This document shows positions 59,881-64,000 of a DNA stretch of 64,000 nt, in pieces; within the stretch, counting starts at the first letter, position 1; each line of letters begins with the position of its first letter. The position numbers were made by a program, and so were the translations under genes. Source of the DNA: Mobula hypostoma (lineage: Eukaryota); the NCBI RefSeq assembly GCF_963921235.1, contig NC_086097.1:118422001-118486000 (forward strand), given 5' to 3'. The notes beneath the pieces are model-generated. The model searched no databases. It had not been told where the DNA came from and worked only from the letters and a program-made list of their open reading frames with translations.

Positions 59881-60936
59881 AGAATGAAGATACCAGAATG
59901 AAGAGACCATTGGATAATAGCTAGGCAGGAGGCAAAGAGTGGGAATAAAGGGAGCCTTTTTAGATTGGCTGTCTGTGACTAGGAGGGGTCTGTGTTGGGG
60001 CAGCATTTTTAACATTATATGTCAATGACTTGGATGATGGAATTGGTGCCTTTATTGTAAAGTTTGCAGATGCCATGAAGATAGGTGGAGGGGCAAGTAA
60101 TTTTGAGGAAGTAGAGAGGCTACAGAAGGACTTAGACAGATTAGGACAATGGGCAAAGAGGAGGCAGATGGAATACAATGTCAGGAAGTGCACGGTCATG
60201 CACTTTGGTAAAAGGAATGGAAGTGCGCACTATTTTCTATTTTTTAATGGGGGAAACATTTCAAAGTCTGAGGCACAAATGGATTTGAGTGTCTTCGTGC
60301 AGGATTCCCCAAAGGTTAACTCGCAAGTTGAGTCAGTGGTGAAGGGGCAAATGCAATGTTAGCATTCCTTTCAAGAAGACTAGCATAGAAAAACAAGGAT
60401 GTTATGCTGAGACTTTATAAGGCACTGGTGAGGCCTCACTTGGAGTATTGTGAACAGTTTTGGGCTGCTTATCTAAGAAAAGATGTGCTGACCTTGAAGA
60501 GGGTTCAGAGAAGATTGACAAAAATTATTCCAGGATGACAGGCTTGGCATATGAGGCTCTGGGCCTGTATACACTGGAATTCAGAAGAATGAAGGGGAAT
60601 CTCATTGAAACCCATCAGATGCTGAAAGGCCTAGGTAGAGTGGATGTGGAGAGGACCAGAGGACATAACCACAGAATAGAAAATGCACGCATATGGAGAT
60701 GAGGAGGAATTTCTTTAGCCAAAAGGTGGATAATCTGTGGAATTTGTTGCCACAGATGGCAGTGGAGGCCAGGTAACTGTATTTAAGGCAGAAGTTCTCA
60801 ATAAGTCAAAGCGTGAAAGACCATGGGAAGAAGACAGAAGAGTGGGGTTAAGAAGGAAATGGATCAGCCATAATCAAATGGTGAAGTAGGGTCAATCAGC
60901 TGAGTGGCCTAATTCTGCTCCAAAGTATTATGGTCT

Positions 60937-61131
60937 TGTAGCGATGTGCTACACACAGCGCTAGAATAACCACACGGAGTCGGTGAGTTGGAGTTGCGAT
61001 GAAAGAGGTTTATTCAAACTTCGCGGCCCGCTTTAAAGCCTTCCCGTTCCCGCCCTTTTTGCTGCCGGCCCTCTGCCTGCGCGCGCTGTTTCGTGAGCCG
61101 GTTCGTGGGTGTCAGAAAGTGGGTCGCCACA
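60937..61131 (-). repeat. 3' LTR, 195 bp
   Basis: Minus strand TGTGGCG...CGCTACA termini, AATAAA near 61010, adjacent PPT. Confidence 0.85.
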
Positions 61132-64000
61132 TAACCCCCCCCGCAGAACCGGTGATACCTCCCCCAATGTCCACAGTCTGGATCAGCCTCTGTTTGGGAG
61201 GTCTGCCCCTGCGCCGCGGTGCCTGAGCCTGGACCGGTTGCGCCAAGTCCACATGGGCCGGTTTGAGTCGGTCCACCGTGAAAACCACCTCTCTCCCCCC
61301 AATGTCCAGCACAAACGTGGACCCGTTGTTGCTGATCACCTTAAACGGCCCCTCGTAGGGCCGCTGTAGCGGTGCCCGGTGTCCGCCCCGTCGTACAAAA
61401 AGAAACTTACAGTTCTGCAGGTCTTTGGGTACGCAGGTCGGGCTCTGTCCGTGCTGTGAAGTGGGTATGGGGGCCAGGTTACCGAGCCTCTCACGTAGTC
61501 TGTCCAGGACTGCTGTGGGTTCTTCCTCTTGCCCCCTTGGGGCTGGTATGAACTCTCCTGGGACGACCAGGGGCCATATGCGTACACCAACTCGGCCGAC
61601 GAGGTGCATAGATCCTCTTTGGGCGCCGTGCGGATTCCGAGCAGGACCCAGGGAAGTTCGTCCACCCAGTTAGTCCCCTCCAGGCGGGCCATGAGAGCCG
61701 ATTTCAGGTGACGGTGGAAGCGCTCCACTAGTCCGTTCGACTGTGGGTGGTAGGCAGTTGTGTGGTGTAGCTGTGTTCCTAAAAGTCTGGCCATAGCCGA
61801 CCACAGGCTGGAGGTGAACTGGGCACCCCTGTCGGAGGTAATGTGGGCCGGTACCCCGAAGCGGGCTACCCAGCTTGCGATCAGTGCTCGGGCGCAGGAT
61901 TCGGAGGTGGTGTCGCTGAGCGGGACTGCCTCTGGCCATCTGGTGAACTGGTCTACCATAGTTAGGAGGTACCGTGCTCCTCGTGACACTGGCAGGGGCC
62001 CCACGATATCCACATGAATGTGGTCGAACCTCTGGTGGGTGGGTTCGAACCGCTGCGGTGGAGCCTTGGTATGCCGCTGCACCTTGGCCGTTTGGCACTG
62101 CATGCACGTTTTGGCCCATTCACTGACCTGTTTACGAAGTCCATGCCACACGAACCTGTTGGAGACCAGCCGGACAGTTGTCCTGATGGAGAGGTGCGCT
62201 AAGTTGTGAATGGATTCGAACACCCGCCGGCGCCAGGCTGCTGGAACGACGGGGCGGGGTTGGCCAGTAGCTACGTCACATAGTAGGGTCCTCTCACCTG
62301 GGCCTACGGGGAGGTCTTGGAGCTGCAAACCGGAGACTGCAGTCCTGTAACTGGGGGTCTCAGTGTCTGCCTGCTGTGCCTCTGCCAGCGCTGCATAGTC
62401 CACCCCCTGGGACAGGGCCTGTATGGTGGGTCTGGATAGTGCGTCCGCCACGACATTGTTCTTTCCAGAGACATGCCGGATGTCCGTCGTGTACTCGGAG
62501 ATGTAGGACAGATGTCGCTGCTGGCGGGACGACCAGGGGTCGGACACCTTAGTGAACGCAAAGGTAAGCGGTTTGTGGTCAGTGAACGCGGTGAAGGGCC
62601 TACCTTCTAAGAAGTACCTGAAATGCCGGATTGCCAGGTATAGTGCCAATAGCTCCCTGTCGAAAGCACTGTATTTGAGTTCGGGTTTGAGTAGGTGTTT
62701 GCTGAAGAACGCCAGGGGTTGCCAGCGACCCTCGATGAGTTGTTCCAGCACTCCACCGACTGCTGTGTTGGATGCCTCCACCGTGAGGGCAGTAGGAACG
62801 TCCGTTCTGGGGTGCACTAGCATCACGGCGTTTGCCAAGGCTTCTTTGGTTTTAACGAAAGCGGTTGCGGCCTCTTCGTTCCAGGTAATGTCCTTGCCCT
62901 TACCCGACATTAGAGTGAACAAGGGGCGCATGGTTCGGGCTGCTGAGGGGAGGAAACGGTGGTAGAAATTCACCATACCCACGAATTCCTGCAAGCCTTT
63001 GATTGTGTTGGGTCGGGGGAAGTGGCGGACCACGTCTACCTTGGCGGGCAGCGGGGTTGCCCCGCCTTTAGTAATCCTGTGGCCCAGGAAGTCGATGGTG
63101 TCGAGTCCGAACTGGTATTTGGCCGGGTCGATTGTAAGGCCAAATTCGCTCAGGTGGGCGTAGAGTTGACGGAGGTGGGACAGATGCTCCTGCCGACTAC
63201 TGCTGGCTATGAGGATGTCGTCCAAGTAGATGAATGCAAAGTCCAGGTCGCGTCCCACCGCGTCCATTAGCCGCTGGAAAGTCTGTGCGGCATTCTTTAG
63301 ACCAAACGGCATTCGGAGGAATTCGAGAAGTCCGAACGGGGTGATAAGTGCTGTTTTGGGGATGTCGTCCGGATGTACAGGGATTTGATGGTATCCCCGG
63401 ACGAGGTCTACCTTGGAAAAGATCCTTGCGCCGTGTAGGTTTGCTGCGAAGTCTTGAATGTGCGGCACAGGGTAGCGGTCTGGCGTTATAGCCTCGTTCA
63501 GTCTGCGGTAGTCACCGCATGGTCTCCAGCCCCCCGTTGCCTTGGGCACCATGTCAAGGGGGGAGGCCCATGGGCTGTCGGACCGTCGTATGATCCCTAA
63601 TCCCTCCATCTTCTTGAACTCCTCCTTCGCCAGTCGGAGCTTGTCCGGGGGAAGCCTTCGAGCACGGGCGTGGTGGGGTGGTCCCTGGGTCGGGATGTGG
63701 TGCTGTACTCCGTGTCTGGGCATGGCTGCCGTGAACTGCGGTGTCAGTACTGATGGGAAATCCGCCAGGACCCTGGTAAATTCATCGTCGGACAGCGTGA
63801 TGGAGTCCAGGTGTGGGGCTGGCAACTGTGCTTCACCCAGGGAGAACGTTCGAAAAGTCTTAGCGTGGACTAATCGCTTCCCTTGCAAGTCGACCAGCAG
63901 GCTGTGGGCTCGTAGAAAATCCTCACCCAGCAGTGGTTGGGCCACGGCGGCCAGTGTGAAGTCCCACGTGAACCGGCTGGAGCTGAACTGTAGCCGTACC
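61112..64000 (-). CDS. Gypsy pol (PR end, RT, RNase H, integrase) with one frameshift near 61575
   Basis: [75 protein letters not shown]; the C-terminus is in ORF 61112-61609 (PYEGPF, RRRGRPP). Confidence 0.9.

Larger units (their letters stand above)
56985..60935 (+). mobile_element. Old CR1 ORF2, decayed, interrupted by the 28S-CR1 chimera
   Basis: LYLNACSI, GKSPGPDGLH, YLDFQNAF; after 59891 KFADAMKIGG..QMEYNVRKC, then a CR1 3'UTR. Confidence 0.85.
60937..64000 (-). mobile_element. Young Gypsy LTR retrotransposon (CsRN1-like), continuing beyond the window
   Basis: GC/CpG-rich pol, G-rich PPT at ~61135-61142 and a 3' LTR. Confidence 0.93.

Overview
AT-rich vertebrate genomic DNA made mostly of nested transposable elements. 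The repeat mix (several CR1 LINE families, Rex1/Babar, Penelope-like elements, Tx1, R4/Dong, Gypsy, Tc1 derivatives, tRNA-SINEs) suggests a cartilaginous fish, probably a ray (inference). Nearly all long ORFs are TE-derived. The best observation is a minus-strand chimeric retrocopy in which the 3'-terminal ~210 nt of 28S rRNA plus a short oligo(T/U) tract is joined directly to a 5'-truncated young CR1 (58862-59880), analogous to U6-L1 chimeras. Other highlights: minimal hammerhead ribozymes in the tails of two Penelope-like lineages; inverted Penelope insertions; tandem R4/Dong remnants, one forming an in-frame R4-CR1 fusion ORF; a young CsRN1-like Gypsy with an AT-hook integrase tail; and two phase-compatible candidate host exons (42945-42995, 52215-52360) ending in a GPI-signal-like C-terminus. 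Boundaries of decayed elements are approximate and were read by eye. No database searches were run.
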